Assembly: GCF_036365525.1 (NCBI RefSeq)
Contig: NC_090413.1
Coordinates: 20,072,151 to 20,136,150 of the forward strand
DNA from: Heterodontus francisci
Taxonomy: Eukaryota
Direction of reading: 5' to 3'
DNA: 64,000 bases
Position 1 is the first letter of the stretch, and the number at the start of each line of letters is the position of its first letter. Positions 59,711-64,000 of this stretch are shown here, in pieces. The position numbers were made by a program, and so were the translations under genes. The notes under the pieces are model-generated. The model was given only the letters and a program-made list of their open reading frames with translations, was not told the origin of the DNA and did no database searches.

Positions 59711-62449
59711 AAGGTAGGTAGGTTTACGATTAGTTCTGGAGGTGTAAAGAGAAAAGTAGAAGAAACGTTTTCATGTGAAACACTGAGGAAGTTCACCCCA
59801 AGTAGCAACTGAAGCAAATAAAGTTCAAGAGGGAGTTTGATAAATATTTTGGGGAGGGGTGGAATATTAATAGTGGTTGGTGCAGTCTCCCATACCTGGG
59901 CTGCCTTGCACCCAATATACTGTTATACCAGCACCATTTTTTTAAAAAAGTAATTGTTCAGCTGCCTTGGCCCTAAGCTCTGGAATGCCATCCCTACACC
60001 TTTCTGTCTCTTTCTCTGTCTTCCTTTACGACACACCTTTTTAAAATGACCTCTTTGGTCAAGCTTTTGGTCACCTATCACACTATTTTCTTTAGTGCCC
60101 TGATAGATTTTGGTAATGCTCCTGTTGAGCTGCTTATAGAGCTTTTTAATGTCGTATCTAAATGCAGTTCAACTACACTGACGATTCAGACTCTCTGCTG
60201 TTACGGACAGGGTCACATTGGTGCCAAGCAAGTTCTGTCTTCACAACCCCACTGTGTTTGTGCATGCTGACTGTTACTGTGTTCTGCTCACTGGCATTTG
60301 TGGAAGATGCCTTTGTGGATGCTTTATCCACATCCTTCACTCCGTCTGTGCACATATTGATGCTTAAACGGGACTCAGTGCCCTGAGGTACAATACACCC
60401 ATGTTTCCAGTGAGCATCCAAGATAACGGCTGCTGTTAAATAATATTTGGTTCATCAACCCATCATCTAATGTGGCAGGCTGATGCTGAAATTAGTAATT
60501 TCAAGATTCAATTGGCTAAATACTGCAGATGCTGGAAATCTGAAATGTAAACAGAAAATGCTGGGAGTGCTTAGGCCAGGCATCATCTGTGGGAGAAAAA
60601 AGGTTGGGGTGAAACATAGCCCTGTTTCATAAGTCTGGACTCTTAAAAGGGCGATTTTAGCTTTAAATGCTTTGACTGCCCTGTTCAGGGACTGAAGAAT
60701 AGCTTTCTCGGTCCCTCTTCAAGTGTCCAGTGTGCGCTCTCCTGCTCTGAAGCAGCTGAGTTCAGTAGGAAGTGGTAGAGCAACTAGCCAAATGGATTTC
60801 TGTTTCCTGCACCTCTTCTGCCCACAGTTTAAAAGATGATTCAGTGGGGGGCTTGGGGAAAGCAAGCGTGAGGAGTATACTCAGCTGTTCAATGTTTGTT
60901 CTCTGGGAGGGGCTGTGGGGAAAGCAGTGGAATCCAGTTTCTCTGCAGACGATGTGGCGCTGTGTGGGTTGGAGCAGTTTGTGAGTTCTCCTGAATATGA
61001 AACTTTCCATTCATTGCAACAGTTGAAAAGTAATTCATCAGCTGTCAAGTGCTTTGGGATGACCTGAGTTTGTGAAAGGCGCTTTTAAGTCTCTTTGCTT
61101 TCCCTCCTTCTGTCCAAAATGTCAGGAGACCAAGGCTCTATTTATATTGTGCCTTTCAGGTCCTCAGACTCTCAAAGTGCGTTGCATCCAATGAATTGTT
61201 TTTTGAAGAGTGGTCAAGGTTTTTGTCGGCAAATGTTACAGCCAATTTTCACAAGCAGGCTCCCACAAACAGCAGCGATTTGTTTCTGTCAGTGCTGATG
61301 TTGATCAGGATGCATGGGGATCTTTTGCATCCACTTGAACAGGCAAGCGGGGCATCGGTTTAACGTCTTGTCTGAAAGATGATGCCTCTGACGATGCTGC
61401 ACTCTCGCTACTGCAGTGAAGTACCAGCCTAGATTCTGAAGTCCTGGGACGACCTCAAATCCATGATGATCTGGCATTTTTTTTTTGTTTCATGGGATTT
61501 GGGCGTCATTGGCCAGGCCAGCATTTATTGCCCATCCCTAATTGCCCATGAGAAGGTGGTGGTGAGCTGCCTTCTTGAACTGCTGCAGTCCATGTGGAGT
61601 AGGTACACCCACAGTGCTGTTGGGAAGGGAGTTCCAGGATTTTGACCCAGCAACAGTGAAGGAATGGCGATATAGTTCCATGTCAGGATGGTGTGTGACT
61701 TGGAGGGGAATTTGCAGACAATGTTCTGTTCTTGTCTGTCTAGGTGGAAGAGGTTGTGGGGTTGGAAGGAGGTGTTTTGAGTTGCTGCAGTGCATCTTGT
61801 AGATGATATACACTGCTGCCACTGTCATTGGTGGAGGGAGTGTATGTTTTAAGGTGGTGAATGGGGTGCCAATCAAACAGGCTGCTTTGTCCTGGAAGAT
61901 GTCAAGCTTCCTGACTGGTGGTGGCGGCGGCAAGGTTAGTAAGATCTGAACCCAGTTGAGAATCTCTTGTTCCCACACCCCTGATGAATGTCTGCCCATC
62001 TGTAACAGCAGGCTTGATTCATTCTTGGAACTGTTTTTTGGGGGGCAGGATTGTAAATTGCCTCGCCAACATTAAAGGCAGAGCGTGCAGGTAATATCGC
62101 AAACTATTACCAAACATTACACTCCAGAACAAGGCACCGTGAAATATTTCATGTTTTGTATTATTTTAGATGAGAGGAATCTTGCTCAAAATGATTTTCG
62201 TATCAATCGATACTGCTGTAGGAAGAGGCGGGAGTCTGATTTGTGACAAACTGACTTGTATTGGTTTAGTGGACCGACCCAGAGACTTTGATTTTATGTA
62301 GCATTATTATTCCTTTGCTGTTTGTGGGAGCTTGTTGGGGGCAATATGGCTGCCGTATTTCCTGCATTACAACAGTGATTACTCTTCAGTGAAGTATGTC
62401 ACTGGCTGTAAAGTGCTTTGTGATGTCCTGAGGTCATGAAAGACACTAC

Positions 62450-63470
62450 ATAGAATCATAAAATGGTTACAGCACAGAAGGCGACCATTCAGCCCTTCAT
62501 GTTCACACCGGCTCACTGAAAGAGCAACTCAGCTCGTCCCTTTGCTTGTAGCCTTTCAAATGTTTCCTCTTCAGATAATTAGCCAATTCCTTTTTTGGAA
62601 GTCACCATTGAATCTGGCTCCGCCACGCACTCTGGTAGTGCATTCCAGCTACTAACCACTCACTGTGTTGAAAAATTTATGCAACAGTTTTTTTTCATGT
62701 CGCCTTTGGTTCTTTTGTCATTCACCTTCAAATCAGTCTCCTCTCGTTGTTGAGCCTTCCGCCAATGGGAGCAGTTTCTCCCTCCCTACTCTGTCCCGAC
62801 CCCTCGTGATTTTGAACACCTCTATCAAATCTCCTCTCAACCTTCTATTCTCCAAGGCGAGTAGCCCCATCTTCTTCCGTCCTCATAACTGAAATCCCAC
62901 TCCCTGGAACCATTCTTGTAAATCTTTTCTTTCTTAAAGCCTTTGCATCCTTAAAAGTGCAGTGCCCAGAATTGGACACAATATTCCCAGTATGAACCAG
63001 TGTTTCATAAACTTCACCATAAGTTCCTTGTTTTTGTGCTTTATGCCCTTATTTATAAAGTGCAGGATCCCATATGTTTGGTTAACTGCTCTCTCAACCT
63101 GCCCTGCCTTCAATGATTTGTGCACATATACCCCCAGGTCCCCCTCTTCCTGCACTCTTTTTTCAGAATTGTATCCTTTTATTTTACATTGCCTCCTCTT
63201 GTTGTTCCTACCAAAAAGCATCACTTCTCACTTCTCTGCATTAAATTTCATCTACCATGTGCCTGCCTATTCCACTGTCCTGTTAAAGTTTATCACTATC
63301 CTCCTTGCACTTCGCATACTTCCAAGTTTTGTCATCTGCAAATTTTGGAATTGTCTAGGTCATTAATACAGGTCAAGAACAGCAGTGCTCCTCGTACTGG
63401 CGCCTGGGGGACCCCAATATATACCTTCCTCCAGTCTGCAAAACAACCATTCACCACTACTCTCTGTTAA
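62450..63470 (-). mobile_element. Degenerate CR1 fragment
   Basis: GVPQ.PV.G, FADD and DLGVYVHKSLK..QVERAV remnants plus the CR1 3' UTR. Confidence 0.8.
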
Positions 63471-64000
63471 AAACTGAAGAGAAATTCTCAAACTGCCATG
63501 GAAGCATTACTATCTCATGTAACTCTTTTCAGTTCCTTCCTCTCAAGACTGAAAAGCCCAATTTTCTCCAATTTTCCTCATGCTTGGTCCATAGACAGTA
63601 AGGCCCAAATATTAACTTGAGGGCAGCTTCTGTGCAGGATGGGGAATTGCATGGAAGAATCTTGGAGGTCAATGGAGTGGTTCAGAATCAGCAATCTTAA
63701 CTCAATTATACCAATTAATTTTGACCTCCAGGTTTTGAAGCTCCAAGCTGCACAGCGGGCATGATGTTTACCCGCATAACCGAATTTCATAAATGGAAAT
63801 TGGAGAAGTTCAGATGAATGGTGCACAGAGAGTGAGGGCAGCATTCAGATTCAAAGATGCCTCACTGGAATTAGTGCTGGGGACAGTCAGGAGGAGGAGG
63901 GACAGACTTTTCCCCAGCAATGGGATGAAGAAACCTGCCGCTCTCCCTGCAAGGGTGCGGTGGGAGGAGGTGAGCAGGGAGCCTTGTGCCCCAGTCTTTG

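Noticed and set aside
46252-64000. Further CAMSAP exons, and the many 60-150 aa ORFs in this interval
   Set aside because: No ORF shows the expected exon-2 motif (PFY.DQY.QEH.KPP); the ORFs are TE-derived or chance, so the region is treated as intron 1.

Overview
Repeat-rich vertebrate DNA, very likely from a cartilaginous fish: it carries HE1-type V-SINEs, SacSINE1/Deu-type SINEs and abundant CR1, L2 and Tx1 LINE fragments. Three host genes can be modelled by eye. (1) A 4-exon Tctex1-domain dynein light chain (DYNLT4/TCTEX1D4-like, + strand, 3472-6390). (2) A leader-V-C1-C2-TM immunoglobulin-superfamily receptor with cytoplasmic tyrosine motifs (- strand, 24667 to about 10376). (3) The first coding exon of a CAMSAP gene, probably CAMSAP3 (+ strand, 46122-46251). 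The standout is a fully bounded Gypsy-type LTR retrotransposon (32541-36083, - strand) with two ~259-bp LTRs, a CCAAT target-site duplication, a tRNA-Leu PBS and a PPT. Its RT-RNaseH-integrase region has been replaced by a captured Myc-family C-terminus (Myc box IV, NLS-like region, bHLH-leucine zipper). The protease reads in frame into Myc box IV, an architecture reminiscent of gag-myc oncogene-transducing retroviruses but in a retrotransposon. This copy has frameshifts and a stop. Also present are two degenerate Penelope-type minimal hammerhead motifs, nested TE stacks, a Harbinger Myb/SANT remnant and CTCF-like sites. All assignments are by-eye pattern recognition and no database search was run. 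Boundaries of dispersed repeats are approximate.
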